A stretch of 64,000 nucleotides of DNA, from sequence record PP355766.1. One strand, given 5' to 3'. The notes under the pieces are model-generated. The model did not search any database and was not told the origin of the DNA. It saw only the letters and a program-made list of their open reading frames with translations. This document shows, in pieces, positions 42,887 to 52,012 of this stretch. Each line of letters starts with the position of its first letter. Position 1 is the first letter of the stretch. A program made the translations under genes and the position numbers.

Positions 42887-44355
42887 TTTATTCCTGTTGC
42901 CTCTGTAAAGTTCACGCCAAATGCAGCTTCGAATGTATTAGCCACTTCTTTATCATATCTGCGTTGTTTAATGATAGGCAAGAATAATCCTACTGTACCA
43001 TCATCACGACCTTCAGCAGTTACCCAACCATTGCATTCAAGTTCCCAGATAGTTCCCGGAAGAGAATCTCTGAGCTTCCATAAATGAGTACGGTCAAGTT
43101 CATGTAATTCTTCGGGCTTATCTTTAAGACCTGACCCAGCGTTAACACGAATACGACCACATTCTGATACGAACATTAAGCCGCCCATTTTACCAGGTTG
43201 TTTTCTATGCTCGTACGAACCGACACATTTCAAATCGACAGTGATAACCTCTTTAAATTTAACGAGGTTCTTAGAACGCTTATCTTCCCAATAAGCACCG
43301 ATATTCTTAAGGATAATACCTTCGAGACCTTGGTCTACGTATGTCTTATAGATAGCCCGAGCTTCATGGATGTTATGTACGACATGGTTTTCAATTAGAA
43401 TAACCTTGTCATAGCCTTTGCTCATCATTTCCAATGCACGGAAGCGTACATCATAAGCAAATCCAGGAACTTTACCTTCGGAATATACTACATCAAGCGG
43501 AACATAATCCCAAACTTGGAATCTCATACCTTCTGCTTCTTCGGCAGATATTGTTCCTTTAATGGCCTTATTAGCCAATCCGTTTGATTCTGTACGAGCC
43601 GTCTGTTGGAATTCCTTAGCCTTACTTAGCTCAGGAAGCTCAGGCTCTTTAAACATATCAAACAGGTCGTTTTCTTCTTCTTTCACTTCGACATGATATA
43701 CCAACTCGCCGTCAATCATCACACCGTTAGGATGGCGTTCTCGGGCTTCTTTGGTCATCTCGATAAGTTGACGCTTAAGTTTATCTAGACCCAGGTATTC
43801 ATTACCGGAACGAGTAAGAAGAGTTACATCATCTAATTCATCTCCGCGGATTTCAGCGAAGCATCGAGCTCCATCGGCTTTAAGCTGAGCAAATGCAGGG
43901 AACTTAATATACGATAGCGCTTTCTCAGAATAAGCTGATGCTAACATCTGTGGCATCTCAGGAATTAATTTCTTCCATACCTTATTAGCAATAGAACCTG
44001 AAGCGCCGCAACGCATATCCTTAAGAAGGACACGGACTAGTACACTAGCATCACCCTCGTTCATCTTAGAGAGCAAATCTACTAGCCCCTGGATTGCCAT
44101 ATTACCAGTAAGTACTCGTGCTGCCAGAATGTCTTGGAGGTAATCTAGACCATCAGAAAACGTCTTTGAAGGAACATTTGGATATTTAACGGGAGTATAT
44201 TCTGGAACTTTCTTAATAAAGAATTTAAATCGCCCGGAATACGCCAGCAGATAAGCTCGCTTTAAATCAACGTTATCTTTATTGTCAATGAGAATTTGGG
44301 TTTTGGCTTTAGAACCCTTAGCATCTTCAATTGCTTTGATGATATCAAAAATCAT
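42883..44355 (-). CDS. 30: ATP-dependent DNA ligase gp30
   Basis: QLKADGAR, IDGELV, FQVWD, EGIILK, VKFKE. Confidence 0.97.
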   Translation of the reverse strand: MIFDIIKAIEDAKGSKAKTQILIDNKDNVDLKRAYLLAYSGRFKFFIKKVPEYTPVKYPNVPSKTFSDGLDYLQDILAARVLTGNMAIQGLVDLLSKMNEGDASVLVRVLLKDMRCGASGSIANKVWKKLIPEMPQMLASAYSEKALSYIKFPAFAQLKADGARCFAEIRGDELDDVTLLTRSGNEYLGLDKLKRQLIEMTKEARERHPNGVMIDGELVYHVEVKEEENDLFDMFKEPELPELSKAKEFQQTARTESNGLANKAIKGTISAEEAEGMRFQVWDYVPLDVVYSEGKVPGFAYDVRFRALEMMSKGYDKVILIENHVVHNIHEARAIYKTYVDQGLEGIILKNIGAYWEDKRSKNLVKFKEVITVDLKCVGSYEHRKQPGKMGGLMFVSECGRIRVNAGSGLKDKPEELHELDRTHLWKLRDSLPGTIWELECNGWVTAEGRDDGTVGLFLPIIKQRRYDKEVANTFEAAFGVNFTEATGIK

Positions 44356-44561
44356 TATTCACCTAATTCTTTTGAAAGTTCGCTTACACTACGATGATAA
44401 GTTAATCCATCAATATAAACAAACCCGTTATTGATGCATTCATTCCAAATCGGGCACGACTTTGCTTCACGCCAAATTGGATTCCAACGATAAAACTGAT
44501 TAACATGGCCATAATCACATGATAACCAGCGTTTACCAACCTTAGTATGAACTACAAACAT
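44355..44561 (-). CDS. 30.1: gp30.1-like protein (68 aa)
   Basis: MFVVHT...DYGHVNQF. Confidence 0.85.
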   Translation of the reverse strand: MFVVHTKVGKRWLSCDYGHVNQFYRWNPIWREAKSCPIWNECINNGFVYIDGLTYHRSVSELSKELGE

Positions 44562-44602
44562 GTTTCCTCCTAGGGTATGGCAATTATACCATACCCAGAG
44601 TG

Positions 44603-45445
44603 TTAGCAATTAATTTGATGGTTATCACATGTAATACGACCGTTATTCCACCAGTCGTTTCCAGGAGGAACATGTGGACCAGGACTAAACGGAATGATAG
44701 GTTGTTTCCACCAATCTCCTGGAACTTGCCGTGGAGGCCAATTAAAAGGATGTTGCTCTTTACGAATTTGGTCTTTGATAGCTTCTTCCCACAATCCGGA
44801 AAGAGACTTCTGAGGTTTCTTAACGGATTTCAGAGATTCCAGGCAAGTTACAATTTGATGCCAATCTTCAACCATAATTCCAGGAGCAGTCACTGAACCT
44901 TCTCGCTCACCACGAGGCATATAAAACACACGAGTTTCAGTGTCTTCAAAGACTTTGCTGGCGGCAGCAATATGTTTAGGCAAATCATCTACATAACAGA
45001 CGATGCGATCGCCGTATTTTACTTTAGCCTTTTCCAGTAAAGCATCTTTAGATTCATCATAATCGCAGACCATGATTTCTGTAAATGCATCAGGGAACAA
45101 AGCATTCAGATTGAAACGACGATTAAGGTTAGCATCTACTGAGTTGCCAAGAGCCGTGATAGCGACAAAATCGTATTTTTCTTTGAGCTTATTAACTGTA
45201 GCTAAAGCATCAGCATACGGAGCAAGATAACGAATAAAATCGCTGTTGTTGTACTTCAGAAGCAGCTTAACAGCTAGTTCTTCTTCACAATCAAACAGCT
45301 CAGCAGGTTTAATGAATTTTTCAGTAGTCATCATATCAAGGATATGCTCTACCGGAAGGTTATATTTTTGGGCAAAGTAAGGCAGACCACTTTGCCACTT
45401 AACGATGATTCCATCAACATCGGTTGCGATTACTGGCTTTGACAT
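44603..45445 (-). CDS. 30.2: gp30.2 HAD-like phosphatase
   Basis: IATDVDG, YVDDLPKH. Confidence 0.88.
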   Translation of the reverse strand: MSKPVIATDVDGIIVKWQSGLPYFAQKYNLPVEHILDMMTTEKFIKPAELFDCEEELAVKLLLKYNNSDFIRYLAPYADALATVNKLKEKYDFVAITALGNSVDANLNRRFNLNALFPDAFTEIMVCDYDESKDALLEKAKVKYGDRIVCYVDDLPKHIAAASKVFEDTETRVFYMPRGEREGSVTAPGIMVEDWHQIVTCLESLKSVKKPQKSLSGLWEEAIKDQIRKEQHPFNWPPRQVPGDWWKQPIIPFSPGPHVPPGNDWWNNGRITCDNHQINC

Positions 45446-45639
45446 TCGGGGAAATTCCTCAATGCTTGTTTAAATTTGGCGACGCTATTTGCGGCACCGG
45501 TGAAATTGAACCAGATTAACCCTGGAGTGTCCGAGGGTTCTATATCAATTAATTCTATATTATAATACTCAGCAGTCTTTAGCATTTCCCTGGTGATACG
45601 TCGGGCAACCATATGACCGAAATGAGGATTAATAGACAT
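45430..45639 (-). CDS. gp30.4-like protein
   Basis: Synteny, weak similarity. Confidence 0.65.
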   Translation of the reverse strand: MSINPHFGHMVARRITREMLKTAEYYNIELIDIEPSDTPGLIWFNFTGAANSVAKFKQALRNFPECQSQ

Positions 45640-45829
45640 CGTCGTTAGCAGCCTTTAATTGAGTAATCGGATAAAGCTCAGATTCCGCATGAATTGAACG
45701 ATTGCCATCAACCCAATTAACTTCATACCAAGGCTCAACCGAGTAGGCTTTAATGGCTGGAGCCGTGTCACATACAACTCCAGGAATTCCATTTGCTAAT
45801 CTTACTGTACTGAAGATATGATATTTCAT
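45629..45829 (-). CDS. 30.5: gp30.5-like protein
   Basis: GIPG...VNWVDGN. Confidence 0.8.
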   Translation of the reverse strand: MKYHIFSTVRLANGIPGVVCDTAPAIKAYSVEPWYEVNWVDGNRSIHAESELYPITQLKAANDDVY

Positions 45830-45996
45830 GCATCAAGTCTCACTGCCCATTCGGGCAATTCAAAGAAATCCGGAGCATCAATTTCATACTCAACGGTGTG
45901 TTGTTTAACATCAGCTGACATGATATCAACCATTGGGTGGTTTTTCAAACTGCAAGAAAAAATACCAGCTTTAGATTTAGGCACGGATACAATCAT
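45826..45996 (-). CDS. hypothetical protein (56 aa)
   Basis: GAGG RBS; ATGA overlap downstream. Confidence 0.65.
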   Translation of the reverse strand: MIVSVPKSKAGIFSCSLKNHPMVDIMSADVKQHTVEYEIDAPDFFELPEWAVRLDA

Positions 45997-46006
45997 GTTG
46001 ATTTCC

Positions 46007-46285
46007 TCAAAATTTAGTTATGAATTTTTCTTTCGGCATTTTGGCATTTGAGCCATCACTGTCAGAATACCCAATTGGCATAGTTGCATTAATGAATTCA
46101 ATTTTAGCATTTATAACATTAATGCTCAGAGAATCTACGCCATCAACCATACGAAATTCAGGAGGGCAATACTTATCAATGTATGCTTTCACACCGTTTT
46201 TATTGGCAGGTGTACCATCGCGAGTATCGCTGATAATGGTTTCAACTTTTTTCTTTCGTGAATCATAGAAAGCTGATACAATCAT
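46007..46285 (-). CDS. 30.6: gp30.6-like protein
   Basis: YDSRKK...CPPEFRMVDG. Confidence 0.8.
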   Translation of the reverse strand: MIVSAFYDSRKKKVETIISDTRDGTPANKNGVKAYIDKYCPPEFRMVDGVDSLSINVINAKIEFINATMPIGYSDSDGSNAKMPKEKFITKF

Positions 46286-46297
46286 TTCAATTTCCTC

Positions 46298-46786
46298 TTA
46301 AAACGGACGAATATTAACATGAACCACAGGGACAGCAAAAGGTTGCATGATTACAACTTTTGTGTCTTTAGTTGCATTCAGGCGTTGTACTTTTGCAAGA
46401 TTAACAGCTTCTTCCTTTGTTAATCCGCCATTGTAGGTATCATTTCCTTTATTTGATGTCCAAACGCCCCAATCATTGCTTCCATCATCGGTCTTCGGTT
46501 CAGGTTCTTTGTAGGTGGTTTCTTCAAAATAATGTTGAAATTCTTGATTAGTAAGAATACACCACATGTGAGAAAAGCGAACTTCATCTACACTAACGCG
46601 TTTATATTCCCCATCTGGCTTAATGATTTCAAATTCAACTAATCCGGTATTTTCCGCATATTTAAAGGTTCTGGTAATTTTAATCGGATTATTACCGATT
46701 TGCTCAAAAACACCCTTGATAAGAGCGCCTGGAGACAAGATTGGAGTCTTTTTAAGCTTATAGAATTTACCTTTTTCCATTATCAT
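46298..46786 (-). CDS. hypothetical protein (paralog family, copy 1)
   Basis: GAGG RBS after a UUCG hairpin. Confidence 0.8.
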   Translation of the reverse strand: MIMEKGKFYKLKKTPILSPGALIKGVFEQIGNNPIKITRTFKYAENTGLVEFEIIKPDGEYKRVSVDEVRFSHMWCILTNQEFQHYFEETTYKEPEPKTDDGSNDWGVWTSNKGNDTYNGGLTKEEAVNLAKVQRLNATKDTKVVIMQPFAVPVVHVNIRPF

Positions 46787-46819
46787 TTCCTCAATAGTGG
46801 GGCCGAAGCCCCGAGTTAG

Positions 46820-47179
46820 TTAAAACTTGATTTCGTTTGAAACGATATCCCAGATTGCTTCACGTTGTTCTTCGGTTGTTTTACGACCGAGGATGTGGCG
46901 CAGATAAATTTTAACAAGCAGCTGACGATTTGTGTTCCAAGACGGATGTGAAGATAAATCACGTTTACGAACTTCATCATGGAAACCAACTTTGATTTCA
47001 GAACCGTTGAACTGAATATCCAGAGTAGGACCATTTTCAAAGCTGAAGAATACGTAGTTATCTTCCCAGTACATATCGATTTGAGCTACTGTGCCATTGT
47101 TGTGTTCCCACAGCAAAGTAGTAGAAACGTCCCAAGCATTGTTCTGTACGTATTTGCGGTTGAAGTTAGTGAAGTTCAT
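46820..47179 (-). CDS. 30.7: gp30.7-like protein (119 aa)
   Basis: MNFTNFNRKYV...RDLSSHPSWN. Confidence 0.85.
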   Translation of the reverse strand: MNFTNFNRKYVQNNAWDVSTTLLWEHNNGTVAQIDMYWEDNYVFFSFENGPTLDIQFNGSEIKVGFHDEVRKRDLSSHPSWNTNRQLLVKIYLRHILGRKTTEEQREAIWDIVSNEIKF

Positions 47180-47205
47180 TTTTATTCTCCGTAGTTTGTT
47201 TATCT

Positions 47206-47254
47206 GTTTGGGTGGTACAGGTCTATAGTAACCCAGACCACCCAAGAAGTAAAC
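47206..47254 (-). promoter_or_regulatory. T4-type early promoter cassette, copy 1
   Basis: GTTTAC..TACTAT; 28-bp block identical to 48680-48707. Confidence 0.8.
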
Positions 47255-47259
47255 AACTT

Positions 47260-47748
47260 TTATTCAAAAACTACATTTATTTCTTGTTTTTCTGCTCGAG
47301 CAGTAGAATGCAGTTTAAAAATCTGGAACTTATATTCTGGGTCATGCTTGATAACTTTCGTTACATATTTCTTGGCTTTTTCAAGAGTGAACAAGTTTGA
47401 ATTGTAATCACCGCGAACAATACCAAATTCGCTCTCTTTCTTTCCGCCGACGATGATGTACTGTGCGCTGCCGTCATCGTTAACTTCTACCATTCCGCTT
47501 CGGAGCTCGTACTTAGTAAACATGATGCAATTACTAAATCCTAGCATATCTGCGTTTAGAATTTCACCGGTGCTTTCTAATTTGATTGATTTAACATTAC
47601 CATGTTCCGTTAACGTATGAACTGTCCACGGCATGCATTCAACCCGTTCAGCAATAAGCTTGTTAACGTTACTACTGGTTGAAAGATACTCATTCTTTGC
47701 AGCTTCGGTCAAACGGTAGCTTTTATTCATTTCAAAAACTTCAGACAT
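47260..47748 (-). CDS. hypothetical protein (paralog family, copy 2)
   Basis: Shared motifs with 47741-48253. Confidence 0.8.
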   Translation of the reverse strand: MSEVFEMNKSYRLTEAAKNEYLSTSSNVNKLIAERVECMPWTVHTLTEHGNVKSIKLESTGEILNADMLGFSNCIMFTKYELRSGMVEVNDDGSAQYIIVGGKKESEFGIVRGDYNSNLFTLEKAKKYVTKVIKHDPEYKFQIFKLHSTARAEKQEINVVFE

Positions 47749-48253
47749 TTTTCACCTCTACAGTTTTAACAGTTTTTACTTCTGCAAATCCGATGCTTTT
47801 AAACAGTTCATACTTGGTAGTTTCTGGAACGATATCGGTTAGCTCAAGGATGATTTCTTTTGCTTCCTTTAAAGTGAAGACGCTACGCCCGTCTTTAACC
47901 ACTGGAGTAGGTTTAACGAACGTTGATGGGATTTCAAAAACTGCATAGCGGTCATCAGAGCTTTGGTTTTCAAACGCTCCTATTTGCACAACACGTCCTT
48001 CTTCTAACTCATGAGAAGAAAATAAGCATGACAGAGACCGGTCATATTCATCTCCTATGGTTTTTGCCGAAATGATTTTACCAGTTTCGGTTTTAATCTT
48101 AACAACCCGGCCCAGCGAATCAAGTTCTAACGGCGTCCAGCCTTGAACTCCGACAACGGTGGCAATGAGATAGTTAATTGTGTTCTTAGCGTCTTTCCAT
48201 CTACGGTAAGTTTCTGGGGAAATGCAATATACTCGGTTTTTGCTGTAATTCAT
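47741..48253 (-). CDS. hypothetical protein (paralog family, copy 3)
   Basis: GAGG RBS after a UUCG hairpin. Confidence 0.8.
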   Translation of the reverse strand: MNYSKNRVYCISPETYRRWKDAKNTINYLIATVVGVQGWTPLELDSLGRVVKIKTETGKIISAKTIGDEYDRSLSCLFSSHELEEGRVVQIGAFENQSSDDRYAVFEIPSTFVKPTPVVKDGRSVFTLKEAKEIILELTDIVPETTKYELFKSIGFAEVKTVKTVEVKNV

Positions 48254-48293
48254 TTTGATATCCTCAAAGATGGGGCCGAAGCCCCAGTCAAGA

Positions 48294-48662
48294 TTACTGT
48301 TTAGTCCAATTATCCATGTTTAATTTACCGACCTTTTTCATTTGCTCAATTAAAGCATCGGCACGATTACGACCATTTTCATACCAGGTTACATCTTCTG
48401 AGTAACCGTCTTCTTCATCTGTATAAGTTTCAGAACGAATACGACCAACAACTGGAGTGTTCAGAACATATACAGAACCTGTGAACCAGTTTGTTAAAGT
48501 GATATGCCAGCAGAAATCATCTGATGGGCCGTCCGGTGTCATGCATGGAACGATATCACCTTGAACTTTAGACAAAATCCACATTTTCTCGTGGACAGTC
48601 TGAGCTTTATAACCGTCATGGTCTTTAGTCTTGATAGTTGCGTTCAGGTTGATGGTATTCAT
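48294..48662 (-). CDS. 30.8: gp30.8-like protein
   Basis: MNTINLNA...NWFTG..LIEQMKKVGKL. Confidence 0.85.
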   Translation of the reverse strand: MNTINLNATIKTKDHDGYKAQTVHEKMWILSKVQGDIVPCMTPDGPSDDFCWHITLTNWFTGSVYVLNTPVVGRIRSETYTDEEDGYSEDVTWYENGRNRADALIEQMKKVGKLNMDNWTKQ

Positions 48663-48679
48663 TTTATTCTCCGTTGTCC

Positions 48680-48728
48680 GTTTGGGTGGTACAGGTCTAT
48701 AGTAACCTTGTTGAGCCTATAAGTAAAC
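48680..48728 (-). promoter_or_regulatory. T4-type early promoter cassette, copy 2
   Basis: GTTTAC..TACTAT plus the repeated block. Confidence 0.8.
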
Positions 48729-48752
48729 AACTTTTTTCATTCTGTGGAAAAT

Positions 48753-48779
48753 AAAAAAGGGACTCCCGAAGGAGTCCCT
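48753..48779 (-). terminator. terminator after 30.9
   Basis: AGGGACUCC-UUCG-GGAGUCCCU-UUUUU. Confidence 0.9.
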
Positions 48780-48783
48780 GAAC

Positions 48784-48960
48784 TTATGCTTTCGGCTTAC
48801 CAAAACGAGAAGCATCATCGCGAAGAACCGCACGAGCTCGACGCATGATTTTCTCAACCGTCTGATTGATACGCTTGTTCGACCCACGCTTGTAGCCAGC
48901 GCGTTTAGAGGTACCAACAACTTCTTTTACTGCAGTTTTTGCTTTAGCTTGTTTAGCCAT
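48784..48960 (-). CDS. 30.9: gp30.9 basic protein (58 aa)
   Basis: MAKQAKAK...RAGYKRGSN. Confidence 0.9.
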   Translation of the reverse strand: MAKQAKAKTAVKEVVGTSKRAGYKRGSNKRINQTVEKIMRRARAVLRDDASRFGKPKA

Positions 48961-48964
48961 TTTA

Positions 48965-49325
48965 TCATCTTCCATTTTGGAGAAATACATGGGAGCACGT
49001 TCTTCCGAGGTTCAACTTCTTTCGACAGTTCTTTCAGTTGTAGCTCCCGCAAGCCCCTAAGGGTACGATTAAACTCTTATCTGTTGCACACCGTTAGCTT
49101 AAAGGTTCCGGGTCCGATTTCTCGGGGATAAGATATACACCGATGGATGTATAGGCCTTGAGGCGTACTCCCGATTGGCCATCGCCTCGGGGTAGCATGC
49201 ACTTGCCGTTTATTTTCTAGCTGCACTTTGGTAGCAAATCACCGATGGTTTCGGATGTTTTACGTGGGGATAACCAACAACGTCCACATCATACGTTACC
49301 CATGCGTACACATGGTGGGCGTACA
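48965..49325 (-). ncRNA. candidate structured RNA between rIII and 30.9
   Basis: ~360 nt without a credible ORF; GAGGCG/CGCCUC, UAUACAUC/GGUGUAUA, CCGA-GAAA-UCGG and UCUUAUC/GAUAAGA helices. Confidence 0.45.
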
Positions 49326-49327
49326 AA

Positions 49328-49576
49328 TTACTTCAGCGTTACCACAAAGTGGCGAACAGCTTTGCGAGCAGCAGAACCAAGATGCTTAGCATACTTCAGT
49401 TCGTCCATCGCTTCTAAAGTATCACGAAATTCAGCTTGTGCTGGGTTCAGGTGTTTAAACCCTTTCAGAACTTCCAGTGCTTCTGCATAGATATCGATTG
49501 AAGCCCCGTAGTTTTCGTGACCGGAATTCCATGCATTACGTTGGAGTTCCAGAGCTTTAGTAAGTTGTTTGTTCAT
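49328..49576 (-). CDS. rIII: lysis-inhibition accessory protein RIII
   Basis: ALELQRNAWNSGHENYGASID...AARKAVRHFVVTLK. Confidence 0.97.
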   Translation of the reverse strand: MNKQLTKALELQRNAWNSGHENYGASIDIYAEALEVLKGFKHLNPAQAEFRDTLEAMDELKYAKHLGSAARKAVRHFVVTLK

Positions 49577-49690
49577 TGAATCGTTCCTCAAATGAGGTTA
49601 AAATTTGGTGGACGGTAACCGAGGTTTAGCTCGGGCATCCACCGCTTAGAATTGCTCGGTTAACTAATTTCCGACGCCCAATTCATATTA

Positions 49691-50014
49691 TTATTTATAT
49701 ACGCACGCCAGGGACTTATAATGACAAGTCACAAACTTCTGCCGGATTTCTTTAGGTTTCTTCACACCTGCTGCTACCAACGGATGAGGTACGTTTCTGA
49801 TATTACCAACAGGCAACGGAGTCAAATCGCCTACCTCAACAAATCCTTTCGGTACATCATCACCGATAGAATAGATTTCACACATATCGGGAAGTTGGCC
49901 TTGTTCTTCTTTTCCGAGAATAATACCGGAAGGAGAAACAATTTCATCACCTTTTTGTGCAGGTTCAGACACGAGAATTACATACTCGCCTAGAGCTTTA
50001 ATTGGAAGTTCCAT
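49691..50014 (-). CDS. 31: GroES-like co-chaperonin gp31
   Basis: [16 protein letters not shown]...CHYK. Confidence 0.97.
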   Translation of the reverse strand: MELPIKALGEYVILVSEPAQKGDEIVSPSGIILGKEEQGQLPDMCEIYSIGDDVPKGFVEVGDLTPLPVGNIRNVPHPLVAAGVKKPKEIRQKFVTCHYKSLACVYK

Positions 50015-50044
50015 GTGTTACCTTTGTTGTTTGACCATGTAGTT

Positions 50045-50071
50045 ATATTAACATGGTCAGTTTAAAGCAAA
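50045..50071 (-). promoter_or_regulatory. probable MotA-dependent middle promoter
   Basis: TTTGCTTTA-12-TAATAT upstream of gene 31. Confidence 0.55.
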
Positions 50072-50380
50072 TTACTTACCGATCATCTGCAACAGATGCT
50101 CAACTTTCATACCATTTACCGAGATAAGTTTATCAAAGGTAAATGAGCGCCAACCTTCTTTCTCGGTATCATATACCGGAAGTGAAGTAGTGCTTTCTGT
50201 TCTGGTAGATTTAGTAGTACTTTCTACCAAATCAGATGGAATAATATCTTTATCACGAGTACAGCGCAGAGTACGAATAGTGCCATCAGCTTTTTCAAAC
50301 ACAATCTGGGATTCGCCCATGCTCAGCACAGCCTTCAGAGTTTCACGAATATGGATGTTTTGTTCAGTAGTCAGTTTCAT
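50072..50380 (-). CDS. 31.1: gp31.1-like protein
   Basis: VFEKADGTIRTLRCTRD...WRSF. Confidence 0.9.
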   Translation of the reverse strand: MKLTTEQNIHIRETLKAVLSMGESQIVFEKADGTIRTLRCTRDKDIIPSDLVESTTKSTRTESTTSLPVYDTEKEGWRSFTFDKLISVNGMKVEHLLQMIGK

Positions 50381-50577
50381 TTTGATGTCTCTTTAATAGT
50401 TTTGATAATTACAGATTTGCGCTTGGATAATTCTTTTAATAATCGAACTGCTTGATCTTCAAATTTAAATGTTGCTAATGGTTTCCATTTAAACCAACAC
50501 CGGCGTTCTACTGAGTATGATATAACAACATCACCGCTTAGGTTAAGTTTATTAATTTCAACAATTCTAAGTTTCAT
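50377..50577 (-). CDS. 31.2: gp31.2-like protein
   Basis: Synteny; MKLRIVE...FKWK. Confidence 0.75.
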   Translation of the reverse strand: MKLRIVEINKLNLSGDVVISYSVERRCWFKWKPLATFKFEDQAVRLLKELSKRKSVIIKTIKETSK

Positions 50578-51146
50578 TATTCAATTCCACAGAATTCTTT
50601 AATGTTATACCAATTCAACTTATCCAAATTACGTTTTGGAACATTGAACACCTCGATTCCAGCAGAACGAAGAATATCGTCCCAGCCGGGTTCGTTCTTG
50701 TCGTATGTTTCACAGTATACTAATTTTTTAATACCAGACTGGGCGATGGCTTTTGCACAATCTGGACATGGAGACAGTGTGACATACATTGTTGCTCCAT
50801 CAATACTACTGCCGTTCCGGGCAGCAAAAAGAATAGCATTAAGCTCAGCATGGATTTCATTGACTTTAGACCATGCAGAGTGGGCTGCTCGATGTTCTTT
50901 GAGCAATCCGACTTTTTTGACTTGGAATCCGTCTTGACGCAATCCCGTAGATTTGTAAGGAATTTCACCAATCCAACCTTGTTCTGCTGCATGGTCACAA
51001 CAGTTCACACCACCAGAAGGTGAACCGTTATAGCCAGTAGAAATAATTCGTCCGTTCTTTTCAATTACTGCGCCGACTTTCCACGAGCAGCATTTTGACT
51101 CTTGAGATACGAGATACGCAATTTGTAGTACTGTCGACGCTTTCAT
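50577..51146 (-). CDS. cd: dCMP deaminase
   Basis: STGYNG, HAELNAI, SPCPDC. Confidence 0.97.
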   Translation of the reverse strand: MKASTVLQIAYLVSQESKCCSWKVGAVIEKNGRIISTGYNGSPSGGVNCCDHAAEQGWIGEIPYKSTGLRQDGFQVKKVGLLKEHRAAHSAWSKVNEIHAELNAILFAARNGSSIDGATMYVTLSPCPDCAKAIAQSGIKKLVYCETYDKNEPGWDDILRSAGIEVFNVPKRNLDKLNWYNIKEFCGIE

Positions 51147-51491
51147 TTAAATCACCAGATAAGTTGTGTTATTTGTTTTAACCAATTTTAACTCGTCGGT
51201 AGGAGAAGCAAAACTCTCTACTCGAGAAGTACGAATGCCTGTACCATCTGGAAACGGATGATTTCCTCGTTCAAGAACATCGGAAAAGACATAGCCATAA
51301 AGAGGTTGGCCTTCCTTAACATCAACGTTACTGTACAAAATAGCATCATATTCTTCGCGTGGAATTGACCAAACACCTTGGTCAGAACCAATAACAGCAT
51401 TAATTAGACGAATACCATTTTGGCTAATTTCTGCTTTAATGCCACGAGCATGTTCAATTAAAAGAGCTTCTACAGCCTCACGTAAAGTCAT
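51147..51491 (-). CDS. Cd.1-like protein
   Basis: F.DG..IRTS..VKT.NTTY. Confidence 0.75.
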   Translation of the reverse strand: MTLREAVEALLIEHARGIKAEISQNGIRLINAVIGSDQGVWSIPREEYDAILYSNVDVKEGQPLYGYVFSDVLERGNHPFPDGTGIRTSRVESFASPTDELKLVKTNNTTYLVI

Positions 51492-51727
51492 TAGATATGT
51501 CCTAAAATGTTAGTCATTTCAACTTGGCCTGTTCCGGTTAAAGCCAATTGAGTGTGTTGATTGCTCTTTCCATTATTAACTGTAATGATATAAGCATCAA
51601 CATAGTTAAAGGATGACTCTCGTCGGAGAGTCACTTTACTTCCAGGAACCCTGTTTGCTACTTCCTGTGCGAAGATTTTAACCTTCGAAATAAATTCATC
51701 ATGCGAAAATTTAGCATCAGACAACAT
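51491..51727 (-). CDS. Cd.2-like protein (78 aa)
   Basis: EFISKVKIFAQEVANRV. Confidence 0.8.
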   Translation of the reverse strand: MLSDAKFSHDEFISKVKIFAQEVANRVPGSKVTLRRESSFNYVDAYIITVNNGKSNQHTQLALTGTGQVEMTNILGHI

Positions 51728-52001
51728 AAGTTTCAACCTGTTGGGTTTCAAAATTAGCAATAATTCCAACGATAAACCAGTCGTGTTCACCTTCGCCACA
51801 AGAAATTTTAACTTCAGACGAGCCGCCTGACCGGTCAATAGAAAATTTAATAACTTCGCCGTTTGGAATAAGTGCATTCATTGCAGATAAAAACTCTGCA
51901 TGCATTTTGGCTACTTCAGCCGGAGTAAACTCATCTGTTAAATGATTAGCAACAACTTGCGTAAATGATACTTTTACTACTTCGGAATACTTTGGAAACA
52001 T
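51717..52001 (-). CDS. Cd.3-like protein
   Basis: MFPKYSEVVKVSFTQVVAN. Confidence 0.8.
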   Translation of the reverse strand: MFPKYSEVVKVSFTQVVANHLTDEFTPAEVAKMHAEFLSAMNALIPNGEVIKFSIDRSGGSSEVKISCGEGEHDWFIVGIIANFETQQVETYVV

Positions 52002-52012
52002 TATACTTTCCT

